NCBI GenBank assembly: GCA_963796685.1
Contig: CAWCMR010000025.1
Span: 928,001-992,000, forward strand
Direction of reading: 5' to 3'
Source of the DNA: an uncultured delta proteobacterium
GTDB lineage: Bacteria; Myxococcota_A; Polyangia; Fen-1088
Length of the DNA stretch: 64,000 nt
This document shows positions 9,937 through 19,832 of the stretch, piece by piece (within the stretch, counting starts at the first letter, position 1; the number at the start of each line of letters is the position of its first letter). The translations under genes and the position numbers were made by a program. The notes under the pieces were generated by a model. That model searched no databases. It saw nothing but the letters and a program-made list of their open reading frames with translations, and was not told the DNA's origin.

Positions 9937-10873
9937 TTTCTGGACGAATCTTTGCGCCCCCCTTGCCGGCGGCAGCGTGTTTCTTGCCTTTGCCCTTGTC
10001 CGACTCGTGCTGGAGCTTGAGCGCCGCCTTCGAGATCCGTTTGGGCGCCAGCGCCGGCGTGAGCAGGAGCTCGATGCGACGGTTCTTGGCCCGCCCCGCC
10101 GCGGTCCGGTTGTTGGCAATGGGCTGGTATTCGCCATAGCCGCTGGCCACCAGGCGATCGGGGGGCACACCGGCCTTTTCCTGTAGAAAACGCACGACGT
10201 TGGTGGCGCGCGCCACCGACAGCTCCCAGTTGGTGGGGTACAGTTGCCTGAGCTTGTCGGAGATGGGCGTGTTGTCCGTATGGCCGGAGACCTGGATCTG
10301 TCGGTCGTCGATATTGGCCAGCACCGCGCCCAAGCGCGCCAGCACGCCTTCCCCGCGTTTGGAAATCGACGCCTCCCCAGAATCGAACAGGATCTTGTCG
10401 ACCAAGCCAACCCGCAGCTTGCCTCCGCTTTCGGTCAGTTGGATGTCGCCCTTGGCGATCTCGTCCTTCATCTTGTCGCGCAGCTCGTCGGTCGTGCCCT
10501 TCAGGGTGGCCAGCTCGCTCGACTTTTCCTCCACGCTCTTGGCCAGATAGTCCCGCGCGGTGATGAGCGCCTCCTTGTCGCTCTCCAGCGCGTCCTTCAC
10601 CCCCTGCAAGGTCGCTAGCTGACGGTGCATGGACTCACCGGCCGCCTCGGCCTCGTGCACCTTCCCCTCGGCAGCCTCGGCCTTGGCCTTCCACTTTGCC
10701 CGTTCGCCAAAGCCCCAGTAGGCGCCGTACCCGGCCGCGGCCATCATCGCGACGGCCACCACCCACGGCATGCGCGACGGCGTGCGAAAACTGATGGGCG
10801 GGGGCGGCGGAAACGGCGGGGGCTGGTTTGGCTGCGGGAGAGTCGGATCTCCTGGGTACGGTGGGTACGGCAT
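9887..10873 (-). CDS. MotB/OmpA-like membrane-anchored peptidoglycan-binding protein
   Basis: TM segment, coiled coil, 'LFDSGEA', 'GHTDN', 'NWELSVARA', 'NRRIE'. Confidence 0.88.
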   Translation of the reverse strand: MPYPPYPGDPTLPQPNQPPPFPPPPPISFRTPSRMPWVVAVAMMAAAGYGAYWGFGERAKWKAKAEAAEGKVHEAEAAGESMHRQLATLQGVKDALESDKEALITARDYLAKSVEEKSSELATLKGTTDELRDKMKDEIAKGDIQLTESGGKLRVGLVDKILFDSGEASISKRGEGVLARLGAVLANIDDRQIQVSGHTDNTPISDKLRQLYPTNWELSVARATNVVRFLQEKAGVPPDRLVASGYGEYQPIANNRTAAGRAKNRRIELLLTPALAPKRISKAALKLQHESDKGKGKKHAAAGKGGAKIRPEISESGPATKHRGHKAR

Positions 10874-11013
10874 GCGATCTCCTTCCAGGTGCGGTAGCCG
10901 CACGCAGTCTACCTCATCTCGCCGGGACACACCGACGCCCTTGTTCCCATCCCCCGGCCGTGTTATCAGCGTGGATTCGATTCCTCCCCATGCGGGGCTC
11001 TGAAAGGGCGACC

Positions 11014-12081
11014 ATGAAATCGTACAACATCGCGCTGATTCCTGGAGACGGCACCGGACCCGAGGTTCTTGCCGAGGGCGTGAAGGTCATCGACGCGGCT
11101 TGCGCCAAGCACGGCGTGAAGCTGAATTACACCAGCTTCGATTTCGGCGGCGAGCGCTACAAGCGTACCGGCGAGATCCTGCCCGACAGCGCGCTCGAAG
11201 AGTTCAAGAAGTTCGATGCCATGTTCCTCGGCGCCATCGGTCACCCCGACGTCAAGCCCGGCATCCTCGAGGTCGGCATCCTGCTCAAGACCCGCTTCGC
11301 CCTCGACCAGTACATCAACCTGCGCCCGGTCAAGCTGTACCCCAACGTCGAGACGCCCCTCAAGGACAAGGGCCCCGAGCACATCGACTTCGTGGTCGTG
11401 CGCGAAAACACCGGCGGCATCTACACCGGCATCGGCGGCGTCACCCACAAGGGCACCCCGCTGGAGAACACCGTCCAGGTCATGACCTACTCGCGCCCCG
11501 TGGTCGAGCGCTGCGTGAAGTACGCCTACGAGCTGACCCGCAAGCGCAACAGCAAGAAGAAGATGCTGACCCTCGTCCACAAGTGCAACGTCCTGACCCA
11601 CGCCGGCGACTTGTGGGTGCGCGTGCACAAGGAGATCGGCGACAAGCTCTATCCCGAGATCAAGCAGGACTACAACCACGTCGACGCCTGCACCATGTGG
11701 TTCGTCAAGCAGCCCGAGTACTACGACGTCATCGTCACCGAAAACCTCTTCGGCGACATCATCACCGACCTCGCCGCCATCATCCAAGGCGGCCTCGGCA
11801 TCGCCGCCGGCGGCAACATCAATCCCGAGGGCGTCTCCATGTTCGAGCCCATGGGCGGCAGCGCCCCCAAGTACACCGGCAAGAACGTCATCAACCCGCT
11901 CGCCACCATCTGCGCCGGCGGCATGATGATGGACACCCTCGGCGAGCCCGCCATCGCCAAGGCCGTCGACCAAGCCGTCCACGACGCCCTGGCCTCGGGC
12001 AAGATCAAGAGCCTCTCCGCCGGCAAGATGGGCATGGGCACCCGCGAGGTCGGGGATTTCATCGCCAAGCTGGTGAGCTAG
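11014..12081 (+). CDS. leuB: 3-isopropylmalate dehydrogenase
   Basis: 'PGDGTGPEV', 'YINLRP', 'VVRENT', '[10 protein letters not shown]', 'FEPMGGSAP'. Confidence 0.92.
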   Translation: MKSYNIALIPGDGTGPEVLAEGVKVIDAACAKHGVKLNYTSFDFGGERYKRTGEILPDSALEEFKKFDAMFLGAIGHPDVKPGILEVGILLKTRFALDQYINLRPVKLYPNVETPLKDKGPEHIDFVVVRENTGGIYTGIGGVTHKGTPLENTVQVMTYSRPVVERCVKYAYELTRKRNSKKKMLTLVHKCNVLTHAGDLWVRVHKEIGDKLYPEIKQDYNHVDACTMWFVKQPEYYDVIVTENLFGDIITDLAAIIQGGLGIAAGGNINPEGVSMFEPMGGSAPKYTGKNVINPLATICAGGMMMDTLGEPAIAKAVDQAVHDALASGKIKSLSAGKMGMGTREVGDFIAKLVS

Positions 12082-12214
12082 CAGGCCAAGCAACTTTCCT
12101 GAGCCGCGTGCCGACAACGCCACCATGTGGAGGCAGCAGCACCCGCACAGCCCGCAAGACGGCCAGCGAATTCCACGCTGCTCTCAAACAGAAGGCCAAG
12201 CGGCGTGGGCTGGT

Positions 12215-14485
12215 TCAGAACGCAAGCCGGACTCTGTTCTTCACCTGCAGGTCTTGTGTTAGCCAGCCGGACGTTTGCATCTGGGTCACGATTTCGTCGT
12301 AGACGGGTGCGGTTCCCTCTGGGTCAGCGATCGTGATAATGAGCGCCATCCGCTGCGGATTCCTGGTCTGGAAGCCACTTCGATGCTGCAGGGAAATATG
12401 GAGCCTCCACGTGTCGCCTTGGATCCCTCTCTTGATCGATCTCCGGTAGACCTTTACGGGCGACCACTTGAATCCGTGCTCGAGTAAGTGATGTTCAAAG
12501 AGCATGTTCACGTCTTCCGGCTCCGGCGGTATCTGCCGCTTATGGTGGCGCTTGCCATCCTTACCGAGATCGTAGGTCCCGAGCGAGACCTCGACATTGG
12601 ACCGACAGTATTCAGCGCCGGCAGCACCTTCGCAGGGTGGGTCATACGCGAGGGTCATCGAGAACTCTCCGCGAACCTTGCCCTTCTTGTCCCGCAGGCT
12701 CGCCGGAATGGGAAACCCTACCTTCTCGAACTCAAGACCTGAAAGCAGGTCGGGTTCGAAGATGAGGGTGGCGGCGGATCTCACGCACGAGAGGACTTCG
12801 GCGACGCCACCAGGCACGCCGAAACCGCGATACTTCATGTCGACCGCAGTCAGCGTACCCTTGGACACCAGTGCGGAATGGATCAGGAGCGCCTTGACCA
12901 GATTCGGCGAAGGTGCGGCTCTTCCGGTTAGTTCGGCGTCGACGGTCGCGTACAGGGACGTCACCAGCGGCGTTGCGAAGCTTGTCCCGATGCTCTCGGC
13001 TACATCGCCGTTCGCATCGAGTGAGAGAACGCCGGTCTGCACACAGCCGAGTCCCGCATCGCAATTCCCGCCATAGTGGGACAGATCCGGTTTTGGCAGG
13101 TACACCGGACCTGGGCCGCGGCGGGAAAAGGGAGACGGTTCCCCGGATCGTACCTTGGAATTCGGGCGGTCGATGTGTGCGACCGAAGCAACGGTGATGG
13201 CGTGAACCGAATCGGCGGGAGCGCAAATGCGGTCGGCCTCTCCGAGATCCTCCGCAGGCCACCCTCGGAGGGGCGGGGTCACATAGTTTCCCGCGGAGAC
13301 GACAAATCGCACGCCATGCTTCGACTGGATCTCGTCGAGCGCCATCGCGAAGTCCGAAAAGGAGTCGTTCTGGCACAACCCCGCCACGCTGTTCACGGAC
13401 AGGTTCCAAACCCGCACCTGCGGGTACTTCGGCACGACCTCTTCTATGATCGTCAGGAGCTGGTCTTCCGAAATGCCGCCCTTCGGAACGGCCACCACGT
13501 CGACGATCCGACAAGATCCGTCGGGGAAGCCTGGGTCACTCTGATTCAGCAGACGACCATGCACGAGCAGCCCAGCAACGAAACTTCCGTGCTCGAGATC
13601 CTGCTCGGATGGATGCACCTCGATCTCATGCGACACAATCCAAGGTGCAAGGAGAGGATCGTGAGCGTTCACCCCGCTGTCAATCAGCCCAACGACCGGA
13701 TAGTCTCTTCCCGGCTCGGGGGCGGGGAAGTCGGATGTGCGAGCAGCGCGGACCCGAGTAGCCGAAGTACGAACCGATTTGTAGATCGGAAATGTGGAGA
13801 CGCTTTGCGTGCCTACGAACCGGGCAAGCCTTCGGATGGCGTCAGGTCCCGCTGGGCCGATGCGGTAGATACGCAGCCCCTCTGCGTAGCGGACCGGTTC
13901 AGGCGAGGCGAGCTGGAGATCCTCCACTTCGGCAAGGAACGCCTTTTCGATTCTTTCGTCGATAGCAGGACTGCTATGCCGAAAGAGCCTCAGCTTGAGA
14001 GGCGAGGGGGTGCGGACCACACGAGCGGTAAGCTCGTCGACGGTTTCGGGCGCCGTGGCCGTGTCCGCTTCATGAGGCAAGATTTGCGCGATTGTGGAGA
14101 TGTCTGCCTGACCCGCCTTCGTGCTGTCCGCACCTATCCTCGCAATCAGTTCATCGATCCGACCGGGACGAAGGCTGATGAGCAACTCCCCGAGATGACC
14201 AACTCCTATGACTGGGCAGGTGTTGTGGAAAAGCTTGGCGGGACGATGGGATTTCGCCAGCGCCTCCCGTTTGAGGACCACCCGACCGACGGCGGGCAGA
14301 CTTGTCTTGTCGGCTACGTGCAATCGGCTGGCAGCATCAGCCAGTTGTCCCGATAGCCTTGCTCGAACTTCTGAAGTGACGGGTCCGAACATCTTGCGTC
14401 CGCCACCGCCTCCCTCGGGACGGAACCAGTCTTCGTTCCTACTCAGGACGACTTTGATGGGTAGTCTCCGTTCGGTCGTAGGCAT
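12215..14485 (-). CDS. ietS: S8 subtilase-family protease, IetS-like
   Basis: Catalytic triad 'IDSG', 'HGSFVA', 'GTSFATP'; 'SAGN'; directly downstream of an AAA ATPase. Confidence 0.88.
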   Translation of the reverse strand: MPTTERRLPIKVVLSRNEDWFRPEGGGGGRKMFGPVTSEVRARLSGQLADAASRLHVADKTSLPAVGRVVLKREALAKSHRPAKLFHNTCPVIGVGHLGELLISLRPGRIDELIARIGADSTKAGQADISTIAQILPHEADTATAPETVDELTARVVRTPSPLKLRLFRHSSPAIDERIEKAFLAEVEDLQLASPEPVRYAEGLRIYRIGPAGPDAIRRLARFVGTQSVSTFPIYKSVRTSATRVRAARTSDFPAPEPGRDYPVVGLIDSGVNAHDPLLAPWIVSHEIEVHPSEQDLEHGSFVAGLLVHGRLLNQSDPGFPDGSCRIVDVVAVPKGGISEDQLLTIIEEVVPKYPQVRVWNLSVNSVAGLCQNDSFSDFAMALDEIQSKHGVRFVVSAGNYVTPPLRGWPAEDLGEADRICAPADSVHAITVASVAHIDRPNSKVRSGEPSPFSRRGPGPVYLPKPDLSHYGGNCDAGLGCVQTGVLSLDANGDVAESIGTSFATPLVTSLYATVDAELTGRAAPSPNLVKALLIHSALVSKGTLTAVDMKYRGFGVPGGVAEVLSCVRSAATLIFEPDLLSGLEFEKVGFPIPASLRDKKGKVRGEFSMTLAYDPPCEGAAGAEYCRSNVEVSLGTYDLGKDGKRHHKRQIPPEPEDVNMLFEHHLLEHGFKWSPVKVYRRSIKRGIQGDTWRLHISLQHRSGFQTRNPQRMALIITIADPEGTAPVYDEIVTQMQTSGWLTQDLQVKNRVRLAF

Positions 14486-14488
14486 TCT

Positions 14489-15625
14489 CTATTCCTCCCG
14501 CAGAAGCTTTGATAGCCGACCCAGGGAAACGCCGAAAACCTCCGATAGACGGCGGTAGGTGAAGAAGTCGGGCGCGAGGCGCCTGGCGGCGGCGACTCTT
14601 GCCTCAAGCGAAACCGAATCCTTCATAAGATCTGGCAATCGATGATTCAAGATCCGGCGAAGCACTTCGGCGGTATCGACGCGAGTCAAGTCGGACAAGA
14701 TCGCACGACGTTTGCTGTCTTCGGCGACCTGTCGGATGTCAGATCCGCTCAGCGTCTCGGAGACGGCCGCAAAGACTCGAATCTCATCGTCCTGTGCGAA
14801 GTCTCCGCAGAAGCGCTGGAACATTGCACGCCGAGCTTCCGGCCCCGGAAGACCGATCTGCAGGCGGAAAGCGAATCTGCGCCAGATCGCCGGATCCAAG
14901 AGGTGTTCGTGGTTGGTGGCCGCCAGAAGAACGGTTTTCGATTCGAGCGCATCGATATTCTGAAGAAGGCTGACCACGACCCGTTTCAGCTCCCCCAACT
15001 CGTTCTTGTCGTCGCGCGCCTTCGCCAGCGCATCGAACTCATCGAGGAACAGTACGCACGGCCGCGCGGTTGCGTGATCGAAAAGAGTGCGGAGGTTCTT
15101 GGCGGTGCTGCCCAGGAAGGAAGAAATCAGTGAGTCCGACCGTGCCGTAAGCAGCGGCAAACCCAGTTGCGACGCCACGTACTTTGCTAGTTCGGTCTTG
15201 CCACAGCCGGGCGGGCCGAAGAGAAGCATCGAAGGTGACACGCCGACACCCTGGCTAACCAGGCGATCGGCCCCGAGGACAAACCGAACGAACTCATGAA
15301 CGGCTGCCGTGACCTCCGGCGCTACGAATACCACCGCGTCTCCCGATGCGAAAAGTTGCTCATCCGCTAGCGCGAGCCGCGACTCCTGATCGACGGGGAT
15401 TCCCGGTGCTGCGATCGAACGGCTGAGCTCAAGCATTCTCGTCTTCGAGCTTTGGAGGGTCCTCTGAAGACGATCGGCGATGGTCTTGTGACCCTCGGCT
15501 GCGAGCTTGGAGGCCAGCAACTCCGTGTAAGATGCCACCTTCTCCCGATCGGCGTTGACCGCACCTTCAACGATCTTGAGCAGTTCGAGAACGTGAGGAA
15601 GCTCCTTATGAACAACTGAAGGCAT
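14489..15625 (-). CDS. ietA: AAA+ ATPase, IetA-like
   Basis: 'GPPGCGKT', 'LFLDEFD', 'GELKRVVVSLLQNID', 'WRRF'; likely start ATG at 15625. Confidence 0.88.
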   Translation of the reverse strand: MPSVVHKELPHVLELLKIVEGAVNADREKVASYTELLASKLAAEGHKTIADRLQRTLQSSKTRMLELSRSIAAPGIPVDQESRLALADEQLFASGDAVVFVAPEVTAAVHEFVRFVLGADRLVSQGVGVSPSMLLFGPPGCGKTELAKYVASQLGLPLLTARSDSLISSFLGSTAKNLRTLFDHATARPCVLFLDEFDALAKARDDKNELGELKRVVVSLLQNIDALESKTVLLAATNHEHLLDPAIWRRFAFRLQIGLPGPEARRAMFQRFCGDFAQDDEIRVFAAVSETLSGSDIRQVAEDSKRRAILSDLTRVDTAEVLRRILNHRLPDLMKDSVSLEARVAAARRLAPDFFTYRRLSEVFGVSLGRLSKLLREE

Positions 15626-15748
15626 GATGTGAACATTATGCCTATGTACGTGAACGCTATCAAGATATCGTGAACGAATGCCGCACAGCTGAGCCTCCAC
15701 GCGTCGTGAAAGTCGAGAACCCGAGCGCGTCGACCCTCGTCGTTCGAG

Positions 15749-15990
15749 GCCGATCCCTTCGGCCGGGGTGAGCGAGCGATTTGGTGACGCCGACCGATCC
15801 GTTCGCTCACCCTGACCGATAGGTTCGGTTGCATTTACCGATAGGTTCGTTCGTCCCGACCGATCGGTTCGCCCACCCCGACCGATCGGTTCGGTGCCGC
15901 TAACCGATGGTTTCGGTGGCGCCAACCGCTCGATTCGGTCCTGGGAACCTATCCTCAAGGTCACCGTCACCGGTCCCAGTGCTTGCCCCA
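15749..15990. repeat. 22-bp-period array with palindromic core ACCGATCGGT(TCG)
   Basis: Cores start at 15793, 15815, 15837, 15859, 15881, 15903 and 15925; degenerate units at 15749, 15771, 15947 and 15969. Confidence 0.85.
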
Positions 15991-16069
15991 CTCCGAAGGT
16001 CGACCCAGGGTGATCGATCCACATCGCCCTGGGGACCTCGTGCGAGGCACCTGCGGTTTGACTGTCCGG

Positions 16070-16552
16070 CTATCTCGCCGCAGCTGCCTGGGGCGCGGGG
16101 GCCGGGGCGGGGGGCCTCGGGCCGCGCGCGAAGAAGTCGAGCAGCGGCTTGAACATGACCAGGATTTCCGGGTCGTGCTTGCCCTGCGCCTTCACCTGAT
16201 CGTTGGTCTTGCGAATCTGTTCCCACGCCTCGGCGTCGAAGAGCAGATTGGCTTGCTTGAGCTTGTTCAAGACGACGTCGAGATCGAGGATCACCTGGTC
16301 GATACCCTCGGCGCGTTTCCCCAAGGCTCGCAGCGACGCCGGCGTTACGCCAGCCGCCGGTGCGAACCTTGCGCCCGACTTCTCGATCGCGTCGGCCGTC
16401 GCATCACAGATGAGCCCAATTCCCCGCGGCGTCTTGGCGATGCGACGAACCTCATCGGGGCTCATATTTCCAGCCTCGGGTGGCGGCGCGAATTCGTCCG
16501 CAATTGAAACCGTTACTGTTCCATGTCGAAGATCAACCATTGGTCCCTCCAT
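16070..16552 (-). CDS. Hypothetical helical protein upstream of the 22-bp array
   Basis: Clean 160-aa ORF with protein-like composition; no family recognised. Confidence 0.8.
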   Translation of the reverse strand: MEGPMVDLRHGTVTVSIADEFAPPPEAGNMSPDEVRRIAKTPRGIGLICDATADAIEKSGARFAPAAGVTPASLRALGKRAEGIDQVILDLDVVLNKLKQANLLFDAEAWEQIRKTNDQVKAQGKHDPEILVMFKPLLDFFARGPRPPAPAPAPQAAAAR

Positions 16553-16656
16553 CTATGTCCTGGTTTCGCTTGGTCCGCGGGCCACCACATCTCCCGGCGG
16601 GCGGCATGAACGCGAGGTCACACGACGCACCCGGTTCGGGTTATCCTGCGACGGCA

Positions 16657-19600
16657 ATGCCCGCCGAGGTTCGTCTGTCGCCAAAGGATCGCCGTACTGT
16701 CCTTGAGCAGCTTTCGCGAGAGCGCCTCGGCGAGCTGAGCACGCGCTTCGAGCTGGACGTCGCGGACCGTCGGTCGACCGACTCTCACATTGATGCGATC
16801 GTGCGCAAGCGCTCGCTGGACTTCCGCGCCGTCCTGGAAGTTCTGCGGCGCGAGGAGCTGCAGGCCGCCTGCGAGGCGCTGGGGCTTGACCGGGGCGGGC
16901 GGGAGAAGGCCGCGCTGATTGGGCGGATTCTCGGCGAAGGGGCCGCGCCAACGGAGGCGACGCCTTCCCCGTCGAGCAGCGAGCCTTCGCCAGTCAGCGC
17001 GCAGAACGAGCGAGGGTTGAAGTCGGCGCTGCGCCGGTTCGTGCTCGACCTGGCCGGTGGGCTGCGCGGGCGGGACGCTGCCACGACGTTCACCTCGCGC
17101 TTGCTTCGCTGCTTCGGCTGGCCCGAGGGGGCACCGCCCGAGGTCACCCTACCGACGTCGCTCGCGGTGGTGGAGAATGGACGGCGCTCGACGCGCGAGG
17201 TGGCGCTGTTCTGGAAGGACCGGCGCGTCCTGGTCGAGGTGGTCAAGCACGACGTGATGCTCGACTTTGCCTGGAAGGACTTGCTGCGCGTCTGCCTGCA
17301 GGTCGATCCGGTGCCCGCAGTATGTGGTGCTGACCAACCAGCGCGACCTCCAGCTCTATGACCTGGGCCGCGACCGCGAGGAGCCCAGGCTTTCGATCGC
17401 GCTCGAAGATCTGCCCAAGTACAGCGAGGCCTTTCCGTTCCTCTCGCCCACCTGGCACCCCGGAACCACGCCGAGGATCATCAACGTCTCGAAGGTGTCG
17501 CGCGAGGTCGCCGAGCTGGTCGCGCGCCTGTACCGCAGCCTGAAAGAGCAGCACCCCAAGCAAGAGCGCGAGGTCGTGCAGTTCACGCTCCAGTGCATCC
17601 TGACCATGTTCGCCGAGGACATTCGCCTGCTGCCCCAGGAGTACTTCACCTCGCTGCTTTACGATGGCGCGCGCAGCGGCGACGTCGAGAAGCGGTTGCG
17701 CGACCTGTTCCGGCTGATGGGCACGCGCGACGTGCCCGGCCAGCGCGCGGTGCCCTTCTTCAACGGGGGGCTGTTCACGCGTCCCGTGACCCTCCCGCTC
17801 GGCGAGGCGCAGCTGGCGGCGCTGATCAAGGCCTCGGAGGCCAACTGGACCTACGTCGACCCGCACATCTTCGGCAGCGTCTTCCAGGGCATCATGAGCG
17901 ACGCCGAACGCCACCAGAGCGGCGCGCACTACACCGCCCACGAGGACATCATGCGCGTGGTGGGGCCCACCATCGTCGAGCCGTGGCGCCAGCGCATTCG
18001 CGAGGCCAAGTCGCTCGAGCCGAGCTGCTGGAGGTGCGCACGGCTCTGCTCAAGTTTCGCGTGCTGGACCCCGCGTGCGGCAGCGGCAACTTCCTGTACG
18101 TTGCCTTCCGCGAGCTGTACCGCCTGGACACCGAGCTGCTGGCCCGCATCCGCGAGTTCCCGTCCACCCAGGCCGAGGGCCGGGCGAAGGTGACCTGGGG
18201 AGTGGGGATCCAGACCATCGAACTTCTTCGGCATCGACATCAACCCCTTCGCCGTCGAGCTGGCCAAGGTGACGCTGAACATCGCGAAGAAGATCGCCTT
18301 CGACGAGCGCAGCGAGCTGGCGGCGCGATCTCGTCGGCCAGATGGAGATGGACGTCGATCCGTCGCTGCCGCTCGACAACCTCGACAAGAACATCGTCTG
18401 CGCGGACGCGCTGTTCACGGACTGGCCGGAGGTGGAGGCGATTGTCGGCAATCCGCCGAATCCTGGGAGACCGTAAAATTCGTGGCGAGCTAGGCGCGGA
18501 CTACATTCGCCGGCTTCAGGAGACGTCGGGATTGGATGGCGTCGTCGATCTCTCTTGCTACTGGTTTCGCCGTGCGCACGATCGCCTGCCAGACGGGCGC
18601 CAGGGCGGGGCTCGTCGGCACCAGTGGAATCCGCGTAGGGAAGGCGCGCGAGGCCTCGCTCGACTACATCGTCGCAAACAGCGGTACCATCACGAATGCG
18701 GTGTCATCGCGCCCCTGGCCCGGTGAGGCCGCCCTCGACGTCTCGATGGTCAACTGGGTGAATGGATTCGCCGATGGTCCGCATCAGCTCATCATCGAGG
18801 ACGAGGTCTTCCTGGTCGCGCGCATTCCAACGCATCTTCAGCTCCACGCCGACGTCAGCGGGACCAGGGACCTTGCGGCCAATGTCACCGGTGCAATGGT
18901 CGGCATAACATTTGCGACCGATGAGTTCACGATCCCACCCACGTCGGATCTTCTTCGTAACGGGGACTTGAAAAGGCGTGGTGTGGTGAAGCCCCTCGCG
19001 ACGGGTGGTGGCATGCTCAAAGGCAGCCTCGCGGTCAACCCGGAATACGTCGTTTACCTTGGCGCTTGCAAGACACAGCCCGAAGCCGCGCAGGTCGGTG
19101 GCCCTGCATATGCCTATCTCGACAAACACCTGCGGCCACACGTGCTGTCAGTGGCTGGGCAGTATGAAGGATGGGATGCACGCTGGTGGCAGCCTTGGCG
19201 TCCACGCCCAGAATTCCTCAGCGTTGCGTCGAAGCTGAATCGGCTGATCATGTGTTCCAAGGTGCTTGGCCGCCCTGTCTTTGCTTTTCTGTCTTCCACG
19301 TTCGCGCCAAACGATACGATGCAAGTCTTTGCCTTCGACGACGACTACAGCTTCGGCATCGTTCAGTCATCGTTGCATTGGGAGTGGATCAAGGCTAAGG
19401 GCGGCAAGGTTCGGGCCGACAAGCGCTACACCAATGAGGTCTGGACTACCTTTCCCTGGCCACAGGAGCCAACCGAAGCCGAAGTCGCGGCCATCGCCAC
19501 CGCCGCGCGAAACCTTCGCCGGGCCCGCGACACGCTCATGAAGGAAAACTCCTGGTCACTGCGCGCGCTCTATCAAGCCGCCGAGATCCCTGGCCCGCAT

Positions 19601-19822
19601 CCGCTCAAGGACGCGCAAGCAGCTCTCGATGAAGCCGTTCAGCGGGCCTACGGGATGCCGGCAGACCAGGAGGCGACGGCGTTCCTGCTCGAGCTGAACC
19701 AGCTCGTGGCCGAGGACGAGGCGGAGGGCAGGAAGGTCCAAGGCCCCGGGGTGCCGAAGGGGCTCGATGCGCGCGACCCGCGCTGGACCAGCGACGATTG
19801 CATCGAGCCGCCCGGCTCGTGA
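16657..19822 (+). CDS. MmeI-like (type IIG/IIL) DNA amino-methyltransferase with TRD; several frameshifts
   Basis: 'VPFFNGGLF', 'NWTYVDPHIFGSVFQ', 'GAHYT', 'VLDPACGSGNFL', 'GNPP', 'FGIVQSSLHWEW', 'TFPWP'; joined from ORFs 16480, 17267, 17593 and 18536. Confidence 0.85.
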
Positions 19823-19832
19823 CGGGAGAAAC

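Noticed and set aside
9887-10873. Flagellar stator gene
   Set aside because: No motA or flagellar genes nearby, and the TM segment lacks the MotB Asp motif; such orphans are common in myxobacteria.
15749-15990. Mini-CRISPR
   Set aside because: A 13-nt repeat and 9-nt linker are too short; kept as an unexplained array.
15626-16024. N-terminal extension of the AAA ATPase (ORF 14489..16024)
   Set aside because: It passes through the array and an AT-richer promoter-like stretch; ATG 15625 gives a typical length. Not fully excluded.
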